NCBI GenBank assembly: GCA_013115125.1
Contig: JABANN010000116.1
Coordinates: forward strand, 1 to 64,000
Length of the DNA: 64,000 nt
Origin: Perkinsus olseni
Lineage: Eukaryota
Direction: 5' to 3'
The position numbers and the translations under genes are program-made. The notes under the pieces are model-generated. The model was not told where the DNA came from. It ran no database searches and saw only the letters and a list, made by a program, of their open reading frames with translations. Shown here piece by piece: positions 1 to 13,028 of the stretch (the first letter of the stretch is position 1; each line of letters opens with the position of its first letter).

Positions 1-266
1 TGTTTTTTCTCCATGCTTGATTACCCCGTATGCCAAGTTTCAGACCCCCAATCGCAATAAATTGGAAGAAATGTGGAAAAAACGCGATGTGATATAATTT
101 TGTGGAAGGGTTTATTTCACAGCCGCCACATTGAATGGTTTCTCTGCCCAACTCACCAACCCAACATTGCGATGAGTCATTCACAACACGTTCAGGATAT
201 GCATGAAAAGCAGCATCACGACGCAGCAGGCCATCAGCTTGTCATTAAAGTCCATCCTTAGTTCTT

Positions 267-1621
267 TCACCTGAAGCATTCTTCAATTAAGTTAGAATGG
301 AACATGGTAACCCCACAGTGCTCCGCTCGTTGGTAATCTGCCACCCACGGAACTCGGAGGGAGGAGGGTATATCTCGATGCCATAGAGTACTTGGTATGT
401 CGCCGGTGAACTGTGCATTCTGGATATTGAAAGCGATCATTATCCTACGCTGCGTACCTACAGCCGGCGATAGACTCTACAGCGGCAGTATCACGGACCC
501 TATTTAGTACTTACTCGTGTTCGTGGAACCAGTGGTTGGTGAGACCATATGGTTCAACCAACTCGGGAACATGACCAGTTGTCCTGGATAGACGTCTATC
601 GGTACCTGAAGTTTCCACCTTCGCCCAGGGCTAAACAGGAGGGAACAGCCATCGCCAACTACACGCAGATCGAATACAAAAACGAGTGCAAGCAAGGAGG
701 CGCGGCGATATGCAGATGGGGAATGATCAGCTGTGAACTCACTGTCCGTCCGAACGGTGGAACCTGCCCTCGGGGATCCATGAGGATGAGCTTCCCGTTA
801 CTCGACCCGCGAGCGACTTTTGCGTAGAAGACAGCGACACAGTCCTGCCCGGTATGGGTATGAGGGCTGTGATACTCGTTGGCGAAGTGAACTGCTGTCC
901 AGTAACTCATGCTGAACCTACTGAAGCCGCAGCCACTCTTGCTGATGTCCATGGCCTGATGCCCCGGCCCCTCCGGCACAACAGAATAATTGCCGACAGG
1001 CGCCAGTTATGAACTTGAAATTGAGGCATACCTTTTTCTTGCGATTGCTCGGGGATCTCCTCCAGAATGCTCGAGGTAACGTCTGGCCAGGCGGTTTATG
1101 ATTCCCAACAGCTGGTGGAACCTGCGTTCCCGTGACAGGTGGAACCGATACGAGCGTGTCTCCACTTCTTGGAGTTACTCAGCCGTTTCCTCCAGGGGTC
1201 GCTCGGTTATTGGCAAGGCCATCTGCCAGTGGTAAAAGTCATCGTTAACTATCCCAGAGTTCACTGAAACCCAAGGAGAGTTGGCTTCTCGAATCAACGA
1301 CATTGGGCGCCGAATTCAAGTTTGCAGCAGCTCCAAATACACGTAGCACACCCTTCCGAGCGTACTCGTGCCATTCTCCATTTTCCCTTTCTTCTCCAAT
1401 CGGATGCGGCGTTGTTCCAGGAACTTCTCGTACGTTCTCTCTGATGCGCTTGCGATCGCCTCGGAAAATGCAGGGCCTAGGGTCGCGGAAAGATTAACCG
1501 TTTCAAGCAAGGTCGGCCACAACAGAGTGCGGTGGCTCTCAGGCAGCGGTGGCTCCTGGTCCACTGGGGGGATAGTGGCAGACACGCTAGCCATAACTAG
1601 AAGCACTCCGAGAGATACCAT
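267..1621 (-). CDS. Putative 2OG-Fe(II) oxygenase (TIGR02466/2OG-FeII_Oxy_5-like) with signal peptide, multi-exon
   Basis: Hydrophobic N-terminus MVSLGVLLVMASVSA. Exons carry HSPHTH (HxH), GKLILMDPRG, PGQLVMFPSWLNHMVSP (distal His) and RRIMIAFN. The 3' end is approximate. Confidence 0.8.
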
Positions 1622-1889
1622 AGTGAACTTGCCATGAACCCTCATAGCAAAATGATGGAAACGCTCTGCATGCAAGGTTAACGAAACATCATTCTCCGAC
1701 GGTAACAGCGGGCGCTGATTGACTCGGCATAGAGACCATTAGCTGATGAACGCAAGTCACTGATCTTTGGGAAAGTGATGACATCCCACATGAAGTGAGA
1801 CACATGTAAGAGCCAAAGAGTAGCCACCATGACTCGTATCGGGGAAGTCGGATACTCCGGCGACGGCAGAGCAGGATAGGATACAGGAG

Positions 1890-3256
1890 CTATCGCCGTC
1901 TCCTTCTTTGAGGTCGACCACGGACGGGCTCCTCGCCTGCTGTGGACGACATCGGGCCTAGCTGCTCATCAGTGGGCAGCTCTCTCCAGACTTCACCATC
2001 CTCGACAGACTGACATTCCTTTCGGGGTACTTCTGAAGCCTTCTGTGGGAGAGCCATGCAAGGATGGGCCTCGGGCTGGGGCTCGTGGCTCTCGATAATG
2101 TCTACCATGAGGCCGCTCTCCCTCGACCAATCATCTAGGATATCTCGAACGGCTTCAACGACTTCCCGATTCAGTCGCGCACCAAACTGCCCCGTCTTAG
2201 CCGGCAGGTAAGTCCAAGGGGTGGCCCACACACAGCCCAGAGGGTAGGTCAACACAAGTGAACCGCGTGGGAATTGAACCTGGACCGTCCGCTTCACGGC
2301 GTCCTCGGGCAGCTCATAACCGTGCAGGTATCTCCAATAGCGGACAAGATCCTCCTTCGACTTGAGCCCTGGCGGGGGGTTCGGGGCTGGCCCCCAACCA
2401 ACAATCGTGGCTTCAGTCATATGCGGCAGCAGAACGCAGCGAGGGTGCAACAGCTCAACCGGGTCCGACGAGGATAGATCGGGCTTGACCACTCGGAAGG
2501 TAGCCGGAGACACTTGCATCCGCAGTAGGCCTGGGAAAGGCAACTACAACCTCCCGAGCGCAGGCGCGTGAACGCGAAGTACTCGACTCGCGCCGGAGTG
2601 GGAGGGGAGATTGGGCGTGGAATTGTAAGCCTCACCTTGCTCAGGAACACACTGAGTTACAGTCAACATTGAAGCACCCACCGTGCAGGAACCAGCAGTA
2701 GACTTGTCGGGTGAGAGAACCTGCTGCCGATGCTTTCCTAACACGCCCCCGCCCTACTGCACCGCCGACCTCCGCCATCGCTAGGCGATTCGCTTTACCG
2801 CCAACGTGAATCCAGTTGCCACTCAACAGCATACCACAACAGATGCCAAAGTGCAGGAGGGAGGAAAATATCTGGAGCCGAGAAAATGAAGAACCCCCGA
2901 GGGTGGTGTTTTAACAAATCATCCGATGATCGCTTCATATCGCCCTCTGTGGAAAACCCCCAGAAAATACGCACGTCGGTGTTGAAAGTCCAACTGAACT
3001 GGGCGCGGTGCTAGACTACAAACTCACACGCGCACGAGGACACAAGGACACGACTACTCGGATCAAAATCAACTCTCACTTGACGCAAGGTTCTAATCTC
3101 GTGCCTCTGCGTTACGGCGAGCCTCAAGCCGAAGCCCACTCGCATGGAGTCCGAGGCGAGTAACTCTTGCAGGAACTTCAACTGTGAGGGGCCGAAGGTG
3201 AGAACAACTGCGGCTGTGGCAAGGTCGGGGTGCGGACAGGCTATCCACGACTTCAT
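1890..3256 (-). CDS. DUF4708 / C18orf63-like protein, multi-exon
   Basis: CVLLPHMTEATIVG...DLVRYWRYLHGYELPED...VQVQF...LTYPLGCV resembles the C18orf63 pattern VLP..YW..LYGYKLP..F..TYPLSC as I recall it. Upstream exons lie at ~2640-2830 and ~3080-3256. Confidence 0.6.
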
Positions 3257-3289
3257 CTACCAGCGGATCTCCGAACGTCCAGACAGTAT

Positions 3290-3829
3290 GACCGGTGTCT
3301 TACTTCACACTTCAGGTTCAACAGCCGAGCAACTTGCTCGGATGTACGGAATACGTAAGGCGACCTCGGGCTGCCTTTGGGCGGGGGTGGGGTCCTGAGG
3401 TGACAGTGTAGTAACTAGCCTGCCTGGGTGAACAGACCGACACTCACTTTGTGTCAATACCAACGGTAACCAGGCAGCTACTTTTCGGCAACGATCGCAG
3501 CCGAAGCTCGATCACCTCGTCCAGAGCTTTTCTCGAGGCAGGCTGGGAGCCGCTGACAAGCAGAGGTCTTCCGAAGTCTCCTGGTGCATGGCGCGATGCA
3601 GCTTAGCGAAGGCTTACTCGGAGGTAACTCCCCGCTGCGTTGTGAGAAGCCCCGCTCCGAACTCTCTAGCGGCCCTCTGTTGCTGCGGTGTCGGTGCTTG
3701 TGCTACACTCGAGCCCAGTACGGGAGGTACGAGCCCTGATGTGCCACTGGTCCCTGCCGCAGCTTGAGTCTGTGCAGGGACCTTGGCGCACGCTTTAGCG
3801 TTCGTCCGTGAGCGTTTCCTCGGTGGCAT
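3290..3829 (-). pseudogene. Short or degenerate gene (MPPRKRSRTNAK...) whose 3' part is paralogous to 7358-7645
   Basis: NLS-like start. Shared peptide AARGRLTY(S/A)V(H/R)PS and DNA similarity with 7358-7460. The frame is broken by a stop shortly after the shared motif. Confidence 0.35.
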
Positions 3830-5190
3830 TGTAACGTGAATGAAGCTGCTGAATACCAAAACGCTGACTAGCGTAATGCACAGTGGCCTGGGACGAGATC
3901 GTCCATCTGAGCAGAACAAGAGTCATCCATCGATTGCGGAAATGACTTCAGATAGACTGACCACAGGAGATGGGTTAGCCGTGACAGCTAAGCTGTCGCC
4001 GCCCCGGAGGAGGTCGTCGGGTCAATACTCCTAGACCGTACGAGACCCACGTTGGCTCCGGAGGGCTCTATGGACGTTCGATCATAGAAGGAGAAGGGCG
4101 TAGTGCTGTGCAGGTTGACTGACGCGCTTGTCGAGGGTCTCAGTTATGATTTGGTACATGTCCTTGAGACCGTTGATGCTGCTGGTCTCACCTCCAAACG
4201 TGTATGGATACACCAGGCCAACAATGGTGTCTTCCGCTTGGCGATTGCCTTGCCAGAAGGACAGGTCACCAAGGGCCCCCAAGTCCCGGCCCTGGGTGTG
4301 GCCCTGCTCTGCGATCGGTGGGGAAGGTTAAGGCCAACGTCTCCCTCACCGTTAAGGGAAGCCTGCGCGGAAGTGACACGTGTCCCGTGACAGTGACAGT
4401 GTGTGGCAGGAGGATCTGCCTGCTCCTGTTGGCCAGTGTTCTAGCTGCGGGATATCGATTGTTCGCTATATGTACATCGACTCCGTTCCGCCTTACTTGC
4501 TGCTTTAACTTTTTGACTGTGCGGCCCGCGCGTGCAAGGTAGACAGATAGACAGTATTTGGCGGGCGGGATAGTGTTAAGCGCAGCTTGTATGCGTATGC
4601 GTCAAAGGACCGATTGCATTTAGAGTCTTTCGTGGATTCTTTTGTGGATTACAGTTGGCCCGTCTGCCAACTCGTCAGCTGCAGCTCAACTATTATCTGA
4701 TATCTGTATTGCCTTTGGGATTGTGTTACCAGAGTCACTGGCATCGACTACCTAGAGTATCAATCGACGACTCGATCACGACGCTGAAGATCTCCGCGCA
4801 CAAGTGTCCTTCCCGTGACACGAGGAGACATCCCGCGCTCATGGCTCGTCATTCGTAATCGTCCTGATAGGGGATGTTAGTTTCCGCTTGGGTGTGTCGT
4901 TATTTGGTACGATCGTCACGCTTTCTAGTGGTCGAAGCCTTTGCCCCTGTGGCTGTCCTGCAATCATCAGTGGTTCTCGACTTGAGTGCGACCGGTCCGT
5001 GCAACCCGGCTCCACGGATACGAATTAATGCGACATACCTGCGGGCATCCTTGCTTACTGTGCGGGTTCTAAAGGTGCCACTCGGACTTCACAGAGGCAT
5101 CTTCAACTCGATGGTGACCTGTTCGTACCTGCATCAAAGACAAGGATCAGCGCCTCACGCTCATCCGCCTGTGAACCTCACAGTGGCCGC

Positions 5191-5217
5191 TGCTAGCCTC
5201 ACAGTGTGAGGCTAGCA
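5191..5217. repeat. Perfect 13-bp inverted repeat with 1-nt spacer
   Basis: tgctagcctcaca-g-tgtgaggctagca. Confidence 0.9.
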
Positions 5218-5467
5218 ACTTCCTACTGGTGACGGCGCGCATGCGTGCAGATTGTTCATCATAGCGGTGGCTACTTGCCGTTGCTCATGATCGTGGCTCG
5301 TGACTGAAGATCCTCTCAAACGTGGCGTCCGAAGTTCATCACGTCGAGGGGCACGCCGAACTCCCGGTATCCCAATCAGTGCAATCATCACATCAATAGC
5401 ATCTGACTGGAGATTTTGTGGGTTTCGATGGAACGCTTCAATCAGTCTTTCGACTTACTTTTACTGA

Positions 5468-6283
5468 ATGCCATCCATCACCGTCGCCTCGATGGTAGTG
5501 CTCCTCAGTCTCGGTGTCGCTCTACAGCCGGGGAAGTACTGCGCTCTGCCCGTGGTGGGTGAGCAGCTTCGTCAGACGATCTTTACGGCATGTATCTTCT
5601 TCGATTACGAATCACCCTCCAAAGCTACATTGGGTTACAACTATTGCTATTTACAGCTCTTCAACGTGAAGTATGATAACGTCGTTTTCAAGGATGGTGA
5701 TGTCATTCTGAAGCGTCGTGGTGGGCATACTGAAGGTCCTGAGTTGTATCCCTACTTCGACGTGGGCTTCGACCTCAAGTTGTCTCCCATGCACCCCGAC
5801 GTTGTGCAAATGGTTGCTAAGGACGGTAGCTACATTTACAATCTCTCCCGGAACTGTACCGGGCCGAAATCTCACTTTCCGGCGTCCCCTTGTTCCACTT
5901 CGCCGGACGGCGGATCGAGACTGTTGAGTACCGCAGACAGGCAGCCCGATGGCATTTATTCGGCCTATCCCGGCCCCGACTTCAACGCTATTCACTTCTA
6001 CACATACAAGGATGATTCTGTCCCTTATGCGGGGGGAACTCTGTTCAATTCCAGGAAAAACACCGTGTTGTATGTCACAGCCGACGCCACTTACGAGTTG
6101 GTCAAACAAGGTTCCCGTGAGCTCTTCAAGTTCAAGAATGACGCCTACAAGTTCTCGGAACGATTCTACAAGATAGCTGCGGAGTTCTTCTACAACCCAG
6201 TCAACAACACGGTGCTCTTCATCCCTAACAATAAATCAATTCCGAGCATAACACTCGAGCTTGAGGGCCCACCACATTCGTAG
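5468..6283 (+). CDS. Intronless secreted hypothetical protein (271 aa), probably two tandem beta-rich domains
   Basis: Signal peptide MPSITVASMVVLLSLGVA. Two halves each start with a P-x(0-1)-G-x-Y motif (QPGKYCA; QPDGIYSA) and are joined by a Ser/Pro linker. Confidence 0.8.
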   Translation: MPSITVASMVVLLSLGVALQPGKYCALPVVGEQLRQTIFTACIFFDYESPSKATLGYNYCYLQLFNVKYDNVVFKDGDVILKRRGGHTEGPELYPYFDVGFDLKLSPMHPDVVQMVAKDGSYIYNLSRNCTGPKSHFPASPCSTSPDGGSRLLSTADRQPDGIYSAYPGPDFNAIHFYTYKDDSVPYAGGTLFNSRKNTVLYVTADATYELVKQGSRELFKFKNDAYKFSERFYKIAAEFFYNPVNNTVLFIPNNKSIPSITLELEGPPHS

Positions 6284-7324
6284 CGCTTGGATGCGTTGGC
6301 AACTCCATACGGTTACGTGTGACTTCGTTAGCAGTCTCCGAGCCCTTGCACTCCTACAGCCTGGCCCTGGGTTGCTCGGCACTTCAGGCCTCCTTATATC
6401 ATCCACGAGTGTCGAGGGTGCTCCGTAGTGAGTCACGACTATGCCCAGTCACTACTAGTGATTACTAATCACTTATTAGGCCACACATCCGGTGCTTGCA
6501 CGCGCAGAAGTCGTGACGAGCTGTCTTTCATTTCTTTGATTCATGCCTCTCAGAGTCAATCGATGATCAGTACTTTGTTGTGGATGATCTTTCGTGAGCA
6601 TCGGTTGTACGACGGTGGTGACATGATGTAACTCTGTCTTATTTCACGCTTAATGTGTTCGCGTGCAACTCGCGTGTACACGTGTTTTGCCCGGGCCGGG
6701 CAGTGGCCGTTTTCCACTAGTCGACCTTGTCGAAAGAGTCTATGAAAAGAGAGCCCCTGTTTTCTCTGCGTTGTCTATTTGTGAAAAACGAGCTGGTGCA
6801 CCGAGGTACCTGAGTATGCGTGCAACCGCTATATTCGCTTAGGTAGATCAGTTGAATAGTTCGATCATTTTTCTCTAGACCCGCCTTGTACTTATTCAAG
6901 TCAGCCCTTTTCTTTAGACCTTAGTGGCAATGAGTTCAGCCCAGGATGGCACACCCCCTTACAATGAAAACATCGCAATAGGTGGTCGATCCACGAGAGA
7001 TGAATGCTGATGTAGTGGAGTATGGTGGATTAAACCTCTCTCTCTCCCTCCTCAACACTATGGGCAACGAGGCATTTGTTTTATTTGGACTATTGCAAAA
7101 TAGCCAATTGCACACCTTTTTAGTGTGGCAGTCGTGTTCTGGTTCATAGTTTTGAAGCAGTTAAGGCCGCAGGCAGTGAATGTAGCAAACTTGTCGAGTT
7201 TTATAGAAGCTTCAATTTCGGCGGCGTGCAGTTTCAAAGACTTCCATTCGAAAGCAGAGTTCCTTATCTGATCAGAAACCTTGCTTTCGATTATGTTATT
7301 TCATTAATTCCGCGAAGAAGAACC

Positions 7325-10300
7325 TCAATTCCAGACCGGAATCACAGGACTCGACCAGTGTCTTACTTCGCACTTCAGGTTCAAGAGCCGAGCAACTTTC
7401 CTGCTGCTCGGACGAACGGCATACGTGAGGCGACCTCGGGCTGCTTGGGGTGGCGGTGGTCCCCTGCGGTAATTCTGTAGTGAATGCTCGCACACACGTA
7501 ACGGGCTCTTACTTGAAGCACTAACGGCTTTCAGGCGACTACTTTTTTGGCAACGATTGGTCATCTCCAATAGAGATATCGGCAACAAAAACGGCGTATT
7601 AAGTACGCTAAACACGCTCGGGATGGACTTCTCAGGCAGCTGGGTATGTCCAAGTTGTGAGCAGTTGTGAAGCCATCGCCTTACATGACACGCTGAGAGT
7701 GATCGAACAGTTGTTGGCATGGCACACCTTCATGAGACTAGCGGAAAGGGAACACTTCTCCGCGTTCGAAGCAGCAAGATATTCGGCTCCGATCGTCGAG
7801 TGGAGGAGATCATGCGACTACGTTTGCTTGACCTTCGCCCGGCAGTAACAGTATTGACAGAGCGCAGACGAGGTCTAGACGAGACTGGTTTATCAAGTCC
7901 CATGGCATCATGCATCAGTCATCGTCCATGGCAGGATCTTGCAGTTGATCGTAGATGTCCATGAATCGTGCTGTCACCAACTCATTGACGTGTGCAGGGA
8001 CCTGCAGACCACACAACAGCAGTTAGTCTGTCGGAGAGCTGCTCACTCGTGCTTGCCAAACTTCCTCGTACTTCTTCAGGAATTCATCTCCGAATACTCT
8101 GACGAGGAAAGCATGAAACTTCGGCTGGTTGAATCGCTGCGAACTTGGATCCACTCACTCGTAGCACTTTGCTGTCAAGTCGATCGCATTCTTCCTAACT
8201 TCACCCGAGTGGTGGCAAAGGCCCGCGACTGCCAATGTCATGATATGGTCGAGTTGAACAGACCCGTCTGATCTGCACATGTCCATCTGGTGGAGCGCCC
8301 AACAGTGTGTGGCCCAGCCGAAGACGTCGAACAAAGCCTTACGACATCTAAACCCATCTTCACACGGGCGTTCATGAAATTTGGCGACAACCCTCGAATG
8401 GAAGCGATGCTTTCTTCGGCCGCTTCGAGGGAGTGCTTCAGCATTTTGTTCGCATCGAGGGAACTCAGGTAGGGCAGTAGGGCTTCAGCGCCACAAAGGC
8501 TTACTATCTTCAACTACAATAGAAAGAAGATTGTTCTCTGTAGCCCTATTTGCGTTCTCACGGCCAGGTTGCGCGCCTTCTCGGAAACTCGATGATTATG
8601 GTCTCCGATTCTCCTAACCAACGCTGGAGCGAGACCCGTATCCGCATGACTGATGATATATCCGAGATCCTGAAGGCAGAGAAGACGGCAGACGACTCGG
8701 ATGTCAACAGTCTAAACATTGGAAATAGTATAACAAGCACAAACGTCACTCTTGTTAACTCGAACCTGGGCGAGTACCACAATTCTCGCAAGCCTTGTTA
8801 CATGAGGATAGGTCTCGCTGTGACTATTGGAAGCCACATCATTAGCGCAGGAAGCCTTCTCACTTGAATGCTAATCATGTCCTGAGCCTCCTCCAATCGA
8901 AGGAAGGCATCTGAAGTTTCTATTGCTGATATCGTGTTCGGAACCTATCACAAACCACTTCCTTCGCGGACTATATGTGTTCGAAGTGGTACGTTGTTCT
9001 GTTCTATGAAGGACCCGCAGACTTGCGAAAGTCCACGCCAACAGCGAAGGGCCCCGGAGGCTGAGCAAGATCCTGTCGATTCAACAAAGTCGTCAATGGA
9101 GTTCTTGTACTGCTCGAGCATCCAATTCTGAACCTGCCGCCTGCAGTCATTCACTCGAGGAGTGTTCGGGCATGTGCTCCTCAGTTGGCCCACCTGCCAA
9201 AGACTTCGCTCTCGCCGAGTGGTCTTGTGTTCACGGTGGAGGATACCGGCGGCCAGTTTTCCGAAGCTCTTAGCCACTACGCCGTACTCGTCTCGCGCTC
9301 CGGTGAAATATGGCGAAGACGTCCGCGGGTCTTCCTCGTCAACTTTCGAGGTGACAACAGCATGCAAGGTCGCTTCTTAGTGAGCAGGAGGCAATAGTGG
9401 GAGTCGCTCGGAGATCCCCAGCCGCAGAGGGATGAGGCTCACTCAGAGATTTTATCTCGGGTAACACCAGTTGCTCCAAATGTGATGTGACCTCATCCGT
9501 ATCATGAGCTCTGCACTTCGTTATAACTTTTTCGGCTAGCCAACGGTCCGGACTGGACATGACCTGACGAGCTTATTACCAATAGACTGGGCAAGTTGCG
9601 TCAAAGGAGGCGTTTGCATCCGAAAGATGCCATCCTCCGATCTGCGTTTCTCAGCTGGGGAGTCCCGGCCAATCGTAAATGGGACGATTCCAGTTCGCAC
9701 CTTGATTCCTTCAATGAGGGCATCAAAGTCATCGGAACTGTTGACCTCCGTCGACGGTCTACGTCCGTCTGCGTTACTTTCTTGCAATGGCTGCTCAACG
9801 TGCTGCGTTCCGTGCCCATCCTTCGACCACTGATTTTCCTGGCTTTACGACGAGCGATGAAAAGTTGTGGTATGAAAGCAAATAAGAATGGCCGGTTCTG
9901 ACCAGGACCCTCACTCGCTATCTGGATCCACCTCTGTCGGGTTAGCTTTGGTACGGAGTACATCATCATCATCATCATCCTCGAAGGGTGTAGTTGCATC
10001 TGCCGTGATAAAATAGCGTTTCAACGACCCTTCAGGGGTGAGCCGGTGAGAAAGTCTGTATTGGCTAATATACCTTGGCCCGGCTCATCATTGCTTTCGT
10101 CAAGTCCGGCACTGAAAGTGATACGGTCTCCTCGCGCTTGCCTCATTCGGTCGAGAGCCTGTATTGCCTGAGCATAGTGAAGAGACCTCACAGAATGAGA
10201 GAGGATGAACGATCTCTCACGCAGTCACGCTGCTGTTTCAGCACGGTCACTTCGGATTCAAGAATAGAGCACTGCCGCAGCGCTTCTTCCAACCTGGAGT

Positions 10301-10660
10301 CCTCTGCTCCCTACAGAAAGCTCCCTCATGCCACGTGCCACAGCTCTCCTCTGGCCATCATTGAAGTACAGCTGGAGCCTCCATCGGATCATTTTCACAT
10401 TCCTGGTTCGGCTTGTACATCCTCTGCGTGCCAACGGGTCGAATATCCGGTAGCTCGGGGAGACTAAGGTGGCGTACATGGCAAGCATCTCCGAGGTTGA
10501 GGTCGGCCTACTCCTCGAGAGACCGACGAACCTCTGTCATTGCGGTAGACACCTCACGGGCCACCTTGTCCAAGCTGATATCCTCATCCTCGTCGCGTGG
10601 GGGCTCTCGCGTCCCTTCACGTTCTACCAGCTTCTCCGTTCTCTGAAAGAGCGAGCCCGC
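7325..10660 (-). CDS. One or two multi-exon hypothetical genes with a coiled-coil N-terminal region
   Basis: Chain of minus-strand exon-like ORFs (DISLDKVAREVSTAMTEVRRSLEE; RLEEALRQCSILESEVTVLKQQRD; 9536-9787; 9339-9560; 8948-9140; 8238-8513; 7325-7720) with GT/AG-like borders. No recognised domain. Confidence 0.45.
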
Positions 10661-11379
10661 GCTCTCAGTTACTTTTGTTTTTCCCCAACGATAGGTCGAA
10701 CGAGAATAATGGGGTACACGTCATTGGAGAGAATTCCCGGGTAGCGGACCGCAGGACAATGCCATCACATATACGATTCTCGCCCTAGGAAGACCTTCTC
10801 CTTTTCAATTCTATCCTCCCTCTTCCTCGCACCGCGGCTAGGGGCCATGTGGGTCGGTAGTGGGAAGCCGAGGATAGTAACCCCTGCGGAGCAGAGGCCA
10901 CCATGTTGCTATGCGAGCGCGGGCTAGCCTTACACTGCAGACCGACGGGCTGCTCGCTGTCCTTCCATAGCAGCATACGGAGGGTTCTCGTGGTAGCCAG
11001 TCCAGTGAGGAGAAGGCCACTCCGACCAGAACCGACTGTGATGCCGGCAAAGCGTCCCTGATGATAGTGAATTGCAGTCAGTAGACATTCATGGAAAGTT
11101 TTCTCGCACATACACAAGCAACCCCTCGAGGATGGTACGAGCGAGGAACGCGGGCCCCTCAGGGATGGATTTCTTTACAAGCATCGGACGAACGCAGACC
11201 ATTGTACTCGCATACCGTTCTCAAGTACAACAGCATTTGCCGCGGAAGCGGCTGGCATATTTTGAAATATCAGTTCAGTCGCTTACCCAGTCATTAGATG
11301 CCGGGCCGTAAGCGTCCATGCTCGCCCAGATCTCAATTCGGTCGGGCAGCAGCGCGGGCGCTTGTGGAAGCCACGCTAC

Positions 11380-11760
11380 GGCGACCTCGTGAACTTCGCT
11401 CAGTTGTCGCAATCGGAACTCCTGGAGACAGTACCGTAGATCACGAATGAGATAGTCATTAGGAAGATACGGATTTCCTCGAAAGCCTTGTGGGGATCCA
11501 AAACGAACTCATCATTGCCGAGTGTGCCAATCTTCATGGTTTGATGTGTGCGTTGAAGGGCGGGACGACGTTTGTGCGGACAGGCCCTCGCCTAAGTAGG
11601 ACGATCTCACCAGTTCCACAGGATACTGTGCAGCTCCGGAAGAGCGCCAGCCTCGGTGATCCATGCAAGGAAGACAGAGTCTGTCGGCGCTGTGGGGTTC
11701 CAACTCGGAAGAAGCTCGAACAAGCCATGCATCGAGGACCCTCGGCTTGGATGTGATGGT
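11380..11760 (+). mobile_element. Possible degenerate non-LTR retrotransposon ORF1 (gag-like) relic
   Basis: Interrupted peptide ending DPCKEDRVCRRCG, which resembles a broken zinc knuckle, preceded by VVAIGTPGD and IIAEC...LKGGTTFV. No RT found nearby. Confidence 0.25.
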
Positions 11761-11898
11761 CAACGTTGATGACATTGAGGTGAATTCAAATACAGAAAAA
11801 GGGAACCCGAGAGGGGCCCGGCGCCGAGGAAAGTGGCCGCAGGAAACGGAGCGTTAGACCAGCAACGAGGATCCGGTGACAGTAAATAGCACTATTAG

Positions 11899-13028
11899 TT
11901 ACAATTCTGAATGGCCCTTCGTGTTTTGTAGTGTGAGTTCTAACTCCCTCATTAGTTTTATCTTATCATCCACCGACAAGCTTCGAGCTTCCTCGAGGAT
12001 TTGAGTGTACTTTCGATCAAAGGCCTTCTGCTCCTGCTGCACGGGCTGGGGTGTGACCGAGTGAGAGGGGCCTGGCCCTGTGCCGCTCGAGTCGGATTCG
12101 CACTCTACCTTGCAGCGTTGATCGATGAGAATCTGACACCGTCTGTAGAGTGACCGAGAGTACCCAGGTCACCAAGTTCGACTACTACAGTAATGAAAGA
12201 AATGATGGAGTCGAAGCTCAACTCAAAGCGAATGAGCATCGCCCACCTCATCGTTCTTGCGGAACTCGTTATATAGGGCCGTCTCATCGAAATGCTCGAC
12301 AAACATGCTGCAGTAGCTACGCAGCCGCATGTCGTAGTCCCCCTGAGGTCACAGAAAGCTGCTGCCCACCCGAGCTGGCAGCGATGTCAGTCGTCCTCTA
12401 TTGAAGTACTCTGATTAGCGGGAGAGCTGCGGTGGGTTGACTTCACAATTTGTTAGCAACTGAGCTATGCCGCCTTGTCCGTGTGTCTGTTCAAGTCCAA
12501 CGCCGTCGCCGACCCACTCAGACTCAGCTTAGTTAGAATCCAGCGTGTTAACAGCTCAACGAGGAGCTCTGCGTTATTCAGTTGGCCCGAACGCTGGCTC
12601 AAGTACCAGAAGATAATCTCGTTCGCTCCGGGCACGATCGACTACGCCGTCATGTACCATTCCCATTTGGCTGAATCCTTGGCCGCTGATATGGTCCTTC
12701 ACCCCCGGGCCGAACAGGTAAGAGCGGCCGTCGAAGGTCTTCACACCATACTCCTCCTTAGTCAGCTTCCTCTGGCATACACCCTCCATCAGATCGACAT
12801 ACCTGTGCTCCGAATCAGGACACTGCGAAGTTCCGCGTCAGCAATGATCCCGAAGGTGTGGTTCTACTCGTGCTCAGCGAGTGGAGTTTTCCTTTTCACA
12901 GAGATGCCTTTGAGAGCCTTGGTAATCTGGTGTAAACTCGCCCGGCAAGAATCACATCGGAAGTACCGGAATTCTTCGAGGGCCAAAACGCAGCCGACTG
13001 CGAAAAGAAGTGATAGAAAGAAGGCCAT
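11899..13028 (-). CDS. MZB1/pERp1-like (CNPY/saposin-fold) ER luminal protein
   Basis: Signal peptide MAFFLSLLFAVGCVLA, then RCDSCRASLHQI, YVDLMEGVC...EYGVKTFDGRSYLFGPG and GDYDMRLRSYCSMFVEHFDETALY. The C-terminus is KGHSEL* (KDEL-like). Confidence 0.8.

Noticed and set aside
3960-4560. Overlapping short ORFs on both strands
   Set aside because: No consistent exon chain or motif identified.
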